This document shows, piece by piece, positions 44,151-58,563 of a stretch of 64,000 nucleotides of DNA. A program made the translations under genes and the position numbers. The notes below the pieces were generated by a model. It was not told the origin of the DNA. It ran no database searches and saw only the letters and a list, made by a program, of their open reading frames with translations. The DNA is from Eledone cirrhosa (taxonomy: Eukaryota): assembly GCA_964016885.1 (NCBI GenBank), contig OZ024762.1, positions 10,726,001 through 10,790,000 on the forward strand, written 5' to 3'. Positions within the stretch are counted from its first letter, which is position 1; every line of letters begins with the position of its first letter.

Positions 44151-44681
44151 GTTTGTGTATATATATCAGGTCATTAAGTATAAGATGTCCATAAGAAAAT
44201 CAGATTTCATACCTAATGTCATAATATATATGTGTGTGTGTAGATATATGTATGTATATATATGTGTATGTATATGTAGGTATATATATGTGTATGTATA
44301 TGTAGGTATATATATGTGTATGTATATGTTAGTGTATATATATATATATGTAGGTGTGTATATATATATATGTGTGTGTAGGTATGTATTTATATATATG
44401 TATATGTAGGTGTGTATGTATATATATGTATATGTAGGTGTGTATATATATATGTATATGTAGGTGTGTATATATATATATATATATAAATATATATATA
44501 TATACAGTATAGGTGATTCAGTGAATTACTGGTGGTGGTACCAATATGAGCACTTGATGCACATGCAGAGTGTGTGTGTATATATATATATAAATACATA
44601 TATATATATATGTGTGTATGTATATATATATGTAGGTATATGTATGAGTGTATATATATATATATGTAGGTATATGTATGA

Positions 44682-44732
<51 letters not shown>

Positions 44733-45889
44733 CTGTAAATTTTTTACTTCTTCCTCTAACTCCACTTGAATAAAAAAAAGTTTAAAAACTCTTAACTCCC
44801 CAAATTCCTTGTCTTTTGTTTGTTACCATCTTGTCTGTGGTGGTGGTGGTGGTGGGGTGGTGGTAATGGTAGTGGTGGTGGGGGTGTTGGTAATGGTAGT
44901 GGTGGTAGGGTTGGTGGTGATACAGCTGTATGATGCTTGTGTGTGTGAAATCAGGGATGTTTTGGTAGTGATGAAGAGCCAACTGTATGATGGCTGTGTG
45001 ATGTGAGGGATTTTATGGTAGTGATGAAGGGCAGGTGTGTGATGTGAGGGATGTTGTGGTAGTAAAACGTGTAGTAAATGTGTAAAGCTTCGAGCATGCT
45101 TCAATGGATATGCGATGGTAATATGCATGAACAAGCTGAGAAGAAGAAGAATGAAATGAAGTGTGCAAAAGAGAAGATTTCACTTGTGTGACCATGTGAT
45201 ATGTATGTTGTGACCAAAGATGAAAGGGGAGAGGAGAAGACACTGAAACAGACCCCACTCTCAGAGACATTAATATAAGGGACAGCTCCAGTAATGCACT
45301 GGGATAATTGCTAGCCTTGTGCCAAAACGTAGAAACAATTATTATTATAATGTATCTCGAATATCAAGTTTAAAACACAAGTGTATTAGAATTCATAATT
45401 GGAAGAACTCAGCACAAGGAAGCTGTTAAAACAGCAGAAAAATGGCGTCAATGGCGGCAGCAGGTAAAATTTACTTGGAAGTATAGAAATCAATGGCTAG
45501 AAGTGTGTTGGCTCATAGAAGCGATTCAAAGAAAATATATATATATAGGCACATGGCTTAGTGGTTAGAGCATTGGCCTTGCAATCTTAAGGTTGTGAGT
45601 TCAATTCTCAGACCGGGTGATGTGTTGTTTCCTTGAGCAAGACACTTTATTTCACGTTGCTCCAGTTTACTCAGCTGTAGAAATGAGATGATAGGGACTG
45701 GGGTCCCTATCATTCCACTACAAAGTGGTCGTGGAGGTGCCACGGCAAAAAAGCACCCAGCACTCACTGTAAATGAGGTTGGTGTTAGGAAGGGCATCCA
45801 GCTGTAGAAATCAAGCCAGAATCAGTTCCCGTCCCACCCTTGCAAGCAGGGAAAAGCGGACGTATGATGAAATGATGATATTCAATTAT

Positions 45890-46905
45890 TATGATTAAGC
45901 TGAGAGCCTTGTTACTCTGGAGTTTCACCTGCACACACTCACTCACTCATGAGTCGAGTTTCCTCGATCCAATGGACAATACTCTTTCCATTTGTCTCGA
46001 TCTAGCATTATCACTCCAAGAACTGTTAAATTTCTTCCCGTGTCAGCATATAGAATATCTAGATACATTGTTGCAGGATGACTTCTACTTCTATAACCGG
46101 CTTCAAAGTATTCAGAACGTAAGCTGGCGACATCTGACTTTGAGAGAAATATATGCCAGCCTCCCATGCATATCTGTCGTACGTAAAAGGAGAGTAAGAT
46201 TTGCTGGCCACTACCACCGTGCCACCTATGAGGCTGTGTCCCTATTAGTACTTTGGAAACCCCAAGCATCTCACTAATAACGGGGCACAAGCTTTCCTAT
46301 CCCGATTTGCTGGCCTGGCCACTACCACCGTGCCACCTATGAGGCTGTGTCCCTATTAGTGCTTTGGAAACCCCAAGCAGTCATTAATAACAGAGGGTGC
46401 AAACTCTCCTATCCCGATATAATCTCCAGAGATTCTGGTATTGAAATCCAGGATTTGGCCGTGGCAAGGAGCGACAGACCACGTGGAGATGAATTGTTGA
46501 GGCCATCGGATGATGAGAACCATGTACAGGCTTCCATAAAAGAACATGGCTGACACTCTCGTTTTTTGCTCTGTACATTAATCAGTATACACTGAGGATG
46601 AAAAACTCAGAGCTGTATGGGAGCATCCCAAAAGTCAGCTCAAAAGTGACACAGAGGAGACTGAGGTTAGCTGGACATGCTCACCGACATCCAGAGTTGA
46701 CATTGCACTCAGTGCTCCTGTGAGAGCCCCTACATTGACACACTAGAAGAGGAAGACCAAGGTTAACGTATGTTGATGCCCTAAGGACAGACACTGGTCT
46801 GTTGGAGACGCAGGATATGGCAGCGATAATGAGGGACACAGACTGCTGGAGAGAACTCGTCCATGGATCTCGGGAATTTTACCCGCCTTAGATAGATAGA
46901 TAGAG
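45890..46905 (+). mobile_element. Two adjacent RTE-group LINE fragments, the first with an internal duplication and an inverted 5' piece
   Basis: RRVRFAGHYHRATYEAVSLLVLWKP segment present twice (about 46200 and 46315); second fragment matches the 150-458 family. Confidence 0.7.
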
Positions 46906-47009
46906 ATATATTTAAATCATATTTCAAGAGCCTTGTGAAACATCCATTTAGTCTTTTGCCCTCTCAGGGTCATCCAACAAGAGAAAAAGAGGGTGAGCAA
47001 CTTACACAC

Positions 47010-48356
47010 AGATAAAAAGCTGTATATAGCTATGGTGCAGCCACACTTGGAATTTGCATCGCCAGTCTGGAACCCCTATCTTGCTCGGAACATTGAACTC
47101 CTGGAAACTGTTCAGAGACATGCAACCAAGCAAATACCCTCCATCAGGCATCTACCATACTCTGAACGCCTTGCTTCCCTGGGCATGGATACATTAAAGT
47201 TCTGAGGTCTGGCAACTGACTTGGTAAACACCCACAAAATTATTAACCATCTTGCCAACAACCCTGAGCACATTTTTGATTTCCATGTGTCTAACACACG
47301 TGGACATGCTTACAAAGTCAGAAAACAGCACAGCTCCCACCACTTTCAGAAACATTTTTTCACACTCAGAGTTGCTGAGGCAGAGAATAAACTGCCTGCA
47401 TCGGTTGTTAGCTGCTGACACACAGCATCCTTTAAAACTTCCATGGAACAAACTCCCTGCATCAGTTGTTAGCTGCTGAGACACAGCATCCTTTAAAACA
47501 TCCATGGAACAAACTCCCTGCATCAGTTGTTAACTGTGGAGACACTGCATCCTTTAAAACCTCCATGGAACAAACTACCTGCATCAGTTGTTAGCTGCCA
47601 AGACACTGCATCCTTTAAAATCTCCATGAAACAAACTACCTGCATCAGTTGTTACCTGTCGAGACACTGCATCCTTTAAAACCTCCATGGAACAAACTAC
47701 CTGCATCAGTTGTTAGCTGCCGAGACACTGCATCCTTTAAAACCTCCATGGAACAAACTACCTGCATCAGTTGTTAGCTGTCAGGACACTGCATCCTTTA
47801 AAACCTCCATGGAACAAACTACCTGCATCAGTTGTTAGCTGTCGGGACACTGCATCCTTTAAAACCTCCATGGAACAAACTACCTGCATCAGTTGTTAGC
47901 TGTCGAGACACTGCATCCTTTAAAACCTCCATGGAACAAACTACCTGCATCAGTTGTTAGCTGTCGAGACACTGCATCCTTTAAAACCCCCATGGAACAA
48001 ACTACCTGCATCAGTTGTTAGCTGTCGGGACACTGCATCCTTTAAAACCTCCATGGAACAAACTACCTGCATCAGTTATTAGCTGTCTGGACACTGCATC
48101 CTTTAAAACCTCCGTGGAACAAACTACCTGCATCAGTTATTAGCTGTTGGGACACTGCACCCTTTAAAACCTCCATGGTTCCTGAGATTTGCCAACACTA
48201 CACCTAATATTCCCCCTCCATACACACGCGTACATGTATATCTTGACTCATACACTGTTCACTTTCCTGACATTTGTACATTATTCTATGTACTATACAT
48301 GCACCTTTGATGAGTTGTAGTGCACCTGAGCACTGTACACAATTTCATTATCATTA
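47010..48356 (+). mobile_element. CR1-like LINE 3' fragment with an internal 61-bp tandem array (about 13 copies, 47385-48177)
   Basis: LYIAMVQPHLEFASPVWNPYL..NIELLETVQRHATK.IP.IRHLPYSERLASLG, TRGHAYKV, FFTLRV; ATT-rich tail. Confidence 0.88.
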
Positions 48357-48567
48357 TATATATACATGTATGTATCTACACAGAACATGCCATTACAGGA
48401 CTTCTGTTCACTAGTCTGACCGACATAGTTTTGGTCAGCCTAACACCACAGTAAACAAAACCCAGAAAGGTACCATGCAGTGTTTGATTAATAAATGAAC
48501 ATCTTGAGATTCTTCGAGGCATTAACAACTTACTCTTTATTTGATAAACTGGAAACACACACAGACA

Positions 48568-48569
<2 letters not shown>

Positions 48570-48609
<40 letters not shown>

Positions 48610-48642
48610 GGGAGGAACACATATATAGAGAGACTGACAGAT

Positions 48643-48712
<70 letters not shown>

Positions 48713-48918
48713 TGTATATACATATACATACATACATATACATACATATATATACATATATACATACATATATATATACATATATATATATACATATATA
48801 TATACATATATATATATACATATATATATACATATATATATATACATATATATATACACATATATATATACATATATATATACATATATATATACATATA
48901 TATATATACATATACATA

Positions 48919-49002
<84 letters not shown>

Positions 49003-49179
49003 CATATATATACATATACATATATACATATACATATACATATATATATACATATACATATATATACATATATATACATATATATACATATACATATATA
49101 TACATATATATATATATACATATACATACATATACATATATATACATATACATATATATACATATATATATATATACAT

Positions 49180-49252
<73 letters not shown>

Positions 49253-49516
49253 CATATATATATACACATATATATATACACATATATATATACACATATA
49301 TATATATATACATATATATATACACATATATATATATATACATATATATATACATACATATACATATATATACATATATATATATATACACATATATATA
49401 TATACATATACATATATATACATATACATATATATACATATATATATACATATATATATATATACATATATATACATATATATATATATACATATATATA
49501 CATACATATATATACA

Positions 49517-49556
<40 letters not shown>

Positions 49557-49557
49557 C

Positions 49558-49604
<47 letters not shown>

Positions 49605-49653
49605 CATATATATATATACATATATATATATATACATACATATATATATATAC

Positions 49654-49686
<33 letters not shown>

Positions 49687-49783
49687 CATATATATACATA
49701 TATATATATATATATACATATATACATATATATATATTCATATATATATATACATATATATATATACACATATATATATATAC

Positions 49784-49832
<49 letters not shown>

Positions 49833-49997
49833 CATATATATATATTCATATATATATATACATATATATATACATATATATATATACATATATATATATA
49901 CATATACATACATATATATATACATACATATATATACATATATATATACATACATATATATATACATACATATATATATACATACATATATATATAC

Positions 49998-50044
<47 letters not shown>

Positions 50045-50045
50045 C

Positions 50046-50106
<61 letters not shown>

Positions 50107-50141
50107 CATATATACATACATACATATATATACATATATAC

Positions 50142-50200
<59 letters not shown>

Positions 50201-50213
50201 CATATATATATAC

Positions 50214-50244
<31 letters not shown>

Positions 50245-50272
50245 CATATATATATACATATATATATATACA

Positions 50273-50313
<41 letters not shown>

Positions 50314-50539
50314 ACATATATATATACATACATATATATATACATACATATATACATATATATATACATACATATATACATATATATATATACATATATA
50401 TATACATACATATATATATACATATATATATATACATACATATATATATACATATATATACATATATATATACATATATATACATATATATATACATATA
50501 TATACATATATATATACATATACAGAGAGAGAAATAGAC

Positions 50540-50580
<41 letters not shown>
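48570..50580. repeat. Compound (TA)n/(GA)n/(TACA) microsatellite, about 2 kb
   Basis: Seen directly. Confidence 0.97.
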
Positions 50581-50582
<2 letters not shown>

Positions 50583-50624
50583 ATGATATTAATAAATGGA
50601 AACTATATTTATAAAACCATATTT

Positions 50625-50683
50625 ATTCTATTATATATATTTCAAGGGTACCAACACTTTGGTACGCTCTCATCAGATAAAAT
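50625..50683 (-). ncRNA. Minimal hammerhead motif (second subfamily)
   Basis: Reverse complement: ATTTTAT-CTGATGA-GAGCGTACCAA/TTGGTACCCTT-GAAA-TATATA-TA-ATAGAAT. Confidence 0.78.
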
Positions 50684-50908
50684 ACAAAGATTGTTTTATA
50701 AATATTGACATATCCAGGGAGGAGATCTTAATGGTTCAGGTTTTTCCAGGAAAAACTTGAACTGTTAAGTTCTTCTTCCTGGATATGTCAAATTGTGCTT
50801 AACACTGACTTATTATATAAACAATTCACTATCCAGACAGCCTCCAAAAGTAATGGTTGTATTTTAAAAGGGTACGTCAAACCTATTTGTAAAACTGTTA
50901 TATATTGT

Positions 50909-50971
50909 ATTTTGTCTGATGAAGGCATACCATAATTTAATGTGGTATCCCTGAAATATGTATAATGAAAT
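50909..50971 (+). ncRNA. Minimal hammerhead motif (second subfamily, diverged)
   Basis: ATTTTGT-CTGATGA-AGGCATACCA/TGGTATCCCT-GAAA-TATGTA-TA-ATGAAAT. Confidence 0.75.
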
Positions 50972-51011
50972 AAATATGGTTTTATAAATATAGTTTCCAT
51001 TTATTAATATC

Positions 51012-51048
<37 letters not shown>

Positions 51049-51057
51049 AACAGACAG

Positions 51058-51110
<53 letters not shown>

Positions 51111-51119
51111 AACAGACAG

Positions 51120-51158
<39 letters not shown>

Positions 51159-51479
51159 AACAGACAGACAAATATATATATATAGAAAAAAAATATACAG
51201 ACACCTCGAGAGGGAGAAGAAGAATGTAGAGGTGAGGAGGAGAGGGGGAGGGGGGGACAAGACAACACAAAACATTAAAAAAAAGAAAAAAAAATATATA
51301 TATATATACTTTTTTTTTGTATTTTTGTTTTGTTTTGTATTTTTTTACCATGAGTATTTATTGAGCATTTTGTCAGGAGACTTTGCCAAGTTCTATCTTT
51401 TTCTGAACTGCTCTCAAGGAATGGTAAATCATGGAGTCAATTAGTCCAGCCACTGAAAAAATATGGAGAGGAGATTATT

Positions 51480-51965
51480 GAAACTCTCTCACAGACATAT
51501 TAATATAGAGAGGATGAGGTGGAGTGGGGTGGGATGGGATGGGATTGGATGCTGGAATAGACCCCACCCCCACCCCCGCTATCAGAGATTTTAATATTAG
51601 GGGTGAGGACGAGACACTAAACAGATACCATTATTAGAGACATATTAGGGGAGAGGACACTGGAATAGACCCCGCTATCGGAGATTTTAATGTTAGGGGA
51701 GAGGATGGGACGGGATAGGACTGGACACTGAACCAAAGCCCACTATCAGAGACATATTAGGGGACAGGACTGGACCAAACCCCACTCTCAGAGACATTAG
51801 TATAGGGGAGAGGACACTGGAATAGACCCCACTATCAGAGACATATCAATACAGGGGTCAAGACCCCACTCTCAGAGACATATTAGGGTACAGGATCTTA
51901 CACTGAAATAGACCCCACTCTCAGAGACATTAATATAGGGGACAGAATGAGACACTGGAACAGAC
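51480..51965. repeat. Degenerate tandem repeat of about 50-65 bp
   Basis: GACCCCACTCTCAGAGACATATTA..GGGGA.AGGACACTGGAATA repeated; monomer also at about 45235-45285. Confidence 0.7.
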
Positions 51966-52164
51966 CTCCCTTCCTTCCCTATTTATTACAAAACAATAAA
52001 ATATCCAGATATGAAACTCACCTGTAAAAATCCCACCAACTATTGCACAGACACCTGTGAGGAAATGCATGAAAGATCTGAAAAGAGAAGAGAAGAGAGT
52101 GAAAAATAGATGAGGAGGTCACCAATGGAACACAGCAAAGGAATTAATGGACTTTAACTTTAAA

Positions 52165-53322
52165 ATTTGCATCACCAGTCTGGAACCCCTATCTTGCCCA
52201 GAACATTGACTGCCTGGAAACTATTCACAGACGTGCAACCAAGCGAATACCCTCCATCAGGCATCTACCATACTCTGAGCGCCTTGCTTCCCTGGGCATG
52301 GATACATTGAAGCTCCGACGTCTGGCAACTGACTTGGTAAACAACCACAAAATTATTAACCATCTTGCCAACAACAACCCTGAACACCTTTTTGATTTCC
52401 ATGTGTCTAACACACGTGGGCATGCCAAAGAGTCAGAAAACAGCACAGCTCCCATGACTTTCGCAAACATTTTTTCACACTCAGTGTTGCTGAAGCATGG
52501 AACAAACTACCTGCGTCAGTTATTAGCTGTCGAGACACTGCATCCTTTAAAACCTCCATGGAACAAACTACCTACATCAGTTGTTAGCTGTCGAGACACT
52601 GCATCCTTTAAAACCTCCATGGAACAAACTACCTGCATCAGTTGTTAGCTGTCGAGACACTGCATCCTTTAAAACCTCAATGGAACAAACTACCTGCATC
52701 AGTTGTTAGCTGTCGAGACACTGCATCCTTTAAAACCTCCATGGAACAAACTACCTGCATCAGTTGTTAGCTGTCGAGACACTGCATCCTTTAAAACCTC
52801 CATGGAACAAACTACCTGCATCAGTTGTTAGCTGTCGAGACACTGCATCCTTTAAAACCTCCATGGAACAAACTACCCGCATCAGTTGTTAGCTGTCGAG
52901 ACACTGCATCCTTTAAAACCTCCATGCTTCCTGAGATTCGCCAACACTACACCTGATATCCCCCCTCCATACACACACACACATGTATATCATGACTCAT
53001 ACACTATTCATTTCCCTGACATTTGTATATTATTCTATGTACTATAGGGCAATGGATTGGCAGTATCAGTAAGGGGTCGGATGCCATGCTTTGCAGCATA
53101 GTTACGGCCCTTTATGGTCTGAGTTCAAAGCCCGCCGAGGTTAACTTTGCCTTTCATCCTTACGGGGGTCGATAAAATAAAGTACCAGTAATACACTAGG
53201 GTAATTGCTGGCCTTGTGCCAAAAGTAGAAACAATTATTCTATGTACTATACATGCACCTTTGATGAGTTGTAGTGCACCTGAGCACTGTACACAATAAT
53301 TTCATTATTATTATTATTATTA
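52165..53322 (+). mobile_element. Second CR1-like LINE 3' fragment, 61-bp array of about 7 copies (52496-52927), with a SINE inserted in its 3' UTR
   Basis: High identity to 47010-48356; (ATT)n tail. Confidence 0.88.
53047..53240 (+). mobile_element. SINE family A inserted in the CR1 3' UTR
   Basis: 18-bp TSD ATTATTCTATGTACTATA at 53029-53046 and 53234-53251. Confidence 0.9.
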
Positions 53323-53406
53323 TAATCTTTTTAATAATTAAGAATTTAATAATTGTTTCTACTTTAGGCAGAAGGCCAGAAATGTAACGGGGGGGGGGGG
53401 CATTAA

Positions 53407-54016
53407 CCCTTTAGCATTTACATTACTCTATATGTACTATTGTATTTTTGTGGTAAAGTCTTTACCTCACATAATATCGAATCTATGAGATTTTCACACT
53501 ATTTATTTTGAGAACAATACCTTAACATCAGTATGAGTGGCCAGTTACAGCCAGGTTGAACAGAAAGAGGTGAGAGAATTCTGGCCAGATATGGCCGGTT
53601 ACAGCCAGTTTGAACAGAAAGAGATGAGAAAATTCTGGCCAGATATGGCCAGTTACAGCCAGTTTGAACAGAATGAGGTGAGAGAATTCTGGCCAGTTAC
53701 AGCCAGTTTGAACAGAATGAGGTGAGAGAATTCTGGCCAGTTACAGCCAGTTTGAACAGAATGAGGTGAGAGAATTCTGGCCAGTTACAGCCAGTTTGAA
53801 CAGAATGAGGTGAGAGAATTCTGGCTGGATATGGCCAGTTACAGCCAGTTTGAACAGAATGAGGTGAGAGAATTCTGGCTGGATATGGCCAGTTACAGCC
53901 AGTTTGAACAGAATGAGGTGAGAGAATTCTGGCCAGATATGGCCAGTTACAGCCAGTTTGAACAGAATGAGGTGAGAGAATTCTGGCTGGATATGGCCAG
54001 TTTAAATGCTAAAGGG
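53407..54016. mobile_element. piggyBac-like MITE with an internal 52/41-bp tandem expansion
   Basis: TTAA target duplications; TIR CCCTTTAGCATTTA / TAAATGCTAAAGGG. Confidence 0.85.
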
Positions 54017-54588
54017 TTAAAACCCCAGGCAGAGTGAGATCAGCCTGAACTACAAGACTGAATTAGGTTGGGTCATACAGTTATGTTATTGCTCCAGCTG
54101 GCCTCGAAACTAATGGTAAAGAAAAAAACAGAACAGAAGAGAAAGAAAAGCAAGATAGTTATGGTGACAACTCTAGCACTTACCTCTGTTTCTCTGTATA
54201 ACTGACCATCATTGGTGAGAGTTCATACATAATGAACATACCTGGCAGACCTGAGTCTCCAAAACCTGACGACACCACTTTAGAATGTCGGGTCACTGAG
54301 AACTGATTGCTGTGGACAATCTGAAATATATACAACACAAACTCACATATTATATTCATGTATATATATATATATTCATATTCCTATATATGTATATATA
54401 TATATATATATATATTTTCATATTCCTATTCATGTATATATATATATATATTCATATTCCTATATATGTATATATATATTCATATTCCTATATATATATA
54501 TTCATATTCCTATATATGTATATATATATATATTCATATATATATATATTCATATTCCTATATATGTATATATATATATATATTCATA

Positions 54589-54642
<54 letters not shown>

Positions 54643-54660
54643 TATTCCTATATATGTGTA

Positions 54661-54693
<33 letters not shown>

Positions 54694-54699
54694 TTATAA

Positions 54700-54736
<37 letters not shown>

Positions 54737-55504
54737 TAAATATGTATATGTAATATATATATATATATATTCATATATATGTAATGTATATATATATATA
54801 TATATATGTAATGTATATATATAATGTATATATATATATCCATATATATGTATATATATATATATATATCCATATATATGTATCATCATCATCATCAGGT
54901 TTAGCGTCCGTGTTCCACGCTTGCATGGGTTTGGACGGGGGTTTTCCCACTTGAGGCAAGAGTGGTTGTCTTGCACGCATAGGACTGTCTGGCGGGTTTT
55001 CTACAGTTGGATGCCCTTCCTAACACCAACCACATTTACAGTGTGGGGCTGGGAGGTTTTTACCGTGTTGCCTACACGGCCACATTACAGCGTGGACTGT
55101 CTGGCGGGTTTTCTACAGCTGGATGCCCTTCCTAACACCAACCACATTTACAGTGTGGGGCTGGGAGGTTTTTACCGTGTTGCCTACACGGCCACATTTA
55201 CAGCGTGGACTGTGTGTTTTTTGTCGTGACACCTACACGATCTCATTTGTTTCGGCCTGGATGTTGTGGGACCAACATAACTTTACATTGAAAGGGGCGG
55301 TGTGGGTGGGGTGGAGGGTGGTGGGACGGGGGTGTGTTTTGATATATATATATATATTCATATATATGCAATGTATATATATATATATATATATGTGTGT
55401 AATGTATATATATAATGTATATATATATATATATCCATATATATGTATATATATATATATATAAACTTCAGAGAATCAAGACTCACTATTTAGCATCAAT
55501 AAAA

Positions 55505-55545
<41 letters not shown>

Positions 55546-55882
55546 ATAAAAATAAATTTGAAGACTAAAATCCAAAGAGGGCTCGATAAGAATAAATATA
55601 TATATATATATCATTATAAAACAGCGAGTGACATATATATACGCATAAATATCCAATGATATAAATGTATAATAGGACATATCAAACTTTAACAAGAGGC
55701 AATCTGTATAGAATGTAAGAATACATAGTTCGTTAGAGTATTATTAAAATTTAACAAAAATTTAAAATATAGATACCTGATAAAAATCATATAGTGTCTC
55801 TTGTTAAAGTTTGATATATCTTATAAATTTTTATCATTAGGTATTTATGTGTATATATATGTATCATTCATTATTTTATAAT

Positions 55883-56075
55883 GGGCAGTGGATTGGCAGT
55901 ATCGGTAGAGGGTCGGACGCCATGCTTTGACGCATAGAGTTACGGCCCTTGCCATTCTGAGTTCAAATCCCGCCGAGGTTGACTTTGCCTTTCATCCTTA
56001 CGGGGTCGATAAAATAAAGTACCAGTAATACACTGGGTAATTGCTGGCCTTGTGCCAAAAGTAGAAACAATTATT
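55883..56075 (+). mobile_element. tRNA-derived SINE family A (Nin-type central domain), full length with TSD
   Basis: A/B-box-like head; GCCGAGGTTAACTTTGCCTTTCATCCTTACGGGGTCGATAAAATAAAGTACCAGT core; TSD ATTATTTTATAAT. At least 14 copies, for example near 3074, 3675, 4004(-), 14040-14340, 17976, 21890, 25920(-), 27078(-), 27926, 34156, 53047, 58250(-), 61652(-). Confidence 0.88.
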
Positions 56076-56214
56076 TTATAATGATTAAATGCTTGGATTT
56101 ATTCTTTGACTTTTTTCTATGAGCTGATTTTGGGAGACAGGACATATGTTTCTGATTATCTCAATCATGACATCCATAATTTTGAATGTAATATATATAA
56201 TATATATAGATAGA

Positions 56215-56720
56215 TTTCTTTATTTGCCACAAGAGCGCACAAGAAAAGGGGACAATACAAAGACATATGGCAGGGATTTTACATACAATTGTGTAAAAAA
56301 TTTTAACATATAAATTCAACAATCGAAATCCCCAATAGGGGAGAGGCATTACAAATGGGTTGTTTTATACCCCGTAGATAGAACAACCCTCAATTCCAGG
56401 AGCATGTTGTGCAAGTGCTCCTTTCTTCTTTTTGCTCTCTTCTTCAATCTACAGGTTTATATACAGAGAAGGCCCAATCACTCAAACCATTTTTGCTACA
56501 TTCACACACCTTTCAGTAAATTTACTGGGGTGCAGTGCCTCTCTCTCCACCCTGATTCTCCTTCTAAAGTGGTAACTAAAGAAGGGAATGAGTTGTTATC
56601 CGGAGAGAAAGGCATCTGTCCTCAGTCCTCTCAATCTTGTCCACCATATAACCTCTTTTACCATAGCCACTATACAGAGGAAAACCGCCTCTCTTTCATT
56701 TTTGAAAGAAGGTGGCGGTT
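56215..56720 (-). mobile_element. L1/Tx1-like ORF2 C-terminus plus 3' UTR, degenerate
   Basis: Minus strand: AVFLCIVAMVKEVIWWTRLRG...FF.YHFRRRIRVERE.L....F.ER.VNVAKM; ends in AATAAAGAAA. Confidence 0.55.
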
Positions 56721-56974
56721 TGATCCTTACTATGGACTCGGCAGTAAGGATCAAACCACCATATTGATAGGCTTTACTTGGAGATAAACAAGAATGTCAA
56801 TTTTAAAAAAAGGAATATAACTTACACTGCCATCAATTTTTACATACATTGTTGGTACAATCTTCACAAAGTATTGAAACATCATTTGTTCTGTAATGAA
56901 ATAATTAAAGACTGAGAGAATAGAAAATAGACAAGTCACTCTGTCACTATCCAAGCCTCTACAGTCTCTCTAGT

Positions 56975-57232
56975 GCTGGTGCCATGATAAAATACACCCA
57001 GTACACCCTGTAAAGTGGTAGTGTTGGTGCCATGATAAAATACACCCAGTACACCCTGTAAATTGGTAGTGTTGGTGCCATGATAAAATACACCCAGTAC
57101 ACCCTGTAAAGTGGTAGTGTTGGTGCCATGATAAAATACACCCAGTTCACTCTGTAAAGTAGTAGCTTTGGTGCCATGATAAAATACACCCAGTACTCTA
57201 TGTAAAGTGGTAGTGCTGATGCCATAATAAAA
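56975..57232. repeat. 48-bp minisatellite (about 5 copies) derived from a SINE central segment
   Basis: TGGTGCCATGATAAAATACACCCAGTACACCCTGTAAAGTGGTAGTGT periodicity; resembles GGTGCCACGGCAAAAAAGCACCCAGCACTCACTGTAAA of SINE B. Confidence 0.85.
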
Positions 57233-57556
57233 AGAGAGAAGCAAATAAGTAAAAGAGAGAAAAACTGAATAAAACAAATACTCTCGGACCTCGAATAAAA
57301 TAAATAGGATGGATTGGGAGGGGGTGTTCATTATGTAAACTAAACGTCTAATTCTGGTTTTTAAAACAAAATCAACGGAGTCAAACTAGAAAAATTACCG
57401 ATTTTCCACCCACCCATCCCTACCCCACAGATTCCACTCCCCATCCCCACCCTCTATTATTTGGGACCCAAGGGTAAGCAAAGAAAATGACAAAAAATTA
57501 AATAAATAAATAAATAAAAAAGACAAGCAAGGGAGGTAACTACCATTTCGACATAA

Positions 57557-57593
57557 GCGGAAGTGACGTTCTTGGACTACGAGCGGTGTAAGA
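57557..57593 (+). promoter_or_regulatory. Probable ROMO1 promoter and 5' non-coding exon: overlapping ETS/CRE motif followed by a splice donor
   Basis: GCGGAAGTGACGT at 57557-57569 in a CpG-containing unique patch; donor GTAAGA at 57588; the ROMO1 coding exon starts with an acceptor, so an upstream exon is required. Confidence 0.55.
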
Positions 57594-58377
57594 GTTGTTA
57601 AATACATACATACATACATACACACACACGTATTTATACATATACACATACATACGTTGATTCACACACCCATATATATATATATACATACATACATACA
57701 AGGTTCCCCCCCGCCCCGTTTGTGTCTGTTTCTCAGAGGACAAGTACATCACAACTATAAGCAGCTTAGAGGTTTGTATTGTCTCCTAACTACACGCATA
57801 CTGTTATATAAATACCAAACAGTCAAATATCTTTATTCATCCTAATATAATAACCATGCTGCTGTTAATGTAGTTTTTTTGGGGTATGTGAGAAGGAACG
57901 TAGATATTTTTCGATAAATCCTGTGGTTCTCAGAGACCCGGGTCATATTTCTCACAACCTCCACCCCTCATCTTGAATCGTTATATAGTAATTCTAAGTC
58001 TCCTTTGTTTTTTAAACTAACATGAAGAAGCTTTGTAGAGTCCCAAATGGGATTAGGTCTGAAGCGAACTGTTTATTTGAGATCACCTTTATATATTGGT
58101 ATTTCATTGTATATATATATATACACAATAATATATATATATATATTGGTATTTCATTGTATATACACACACAATAATATATATATTTATATATACACAC
58201 ACAATAATATATATATATATATATATATATTGGTATTTCATTGTATACACAATAATTGTTTCTACTTGTGGCACAAGGCCAGCAATTATCCCAGTGCATT
58301 ACTGGTACTTTATTTTATCAACTCCGTAAGGATGAAAGGCAAAGTTAACCTCAATAGATATATATATTGGTATTTCA

Positions 58378-58432
<55 letters not shown>

Positions 58433-58515
58433 CACAGGGTGTCCCCCAAAAATGTATACACATTTCAACATCATTCTAATCAAAATGTGTATACATTTTA
58501 GGGGGGGGGTCACCC

Positions 58516-58563
<48 letters not shown>

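Noticed and set aside
45438-45470. YY1-like AAAATGGCG, ATG-MASMAAA and CAG|GTAAAA as a possible first exon
   Set aside because: No downstream compatible exon found, and it is flanked by repeats
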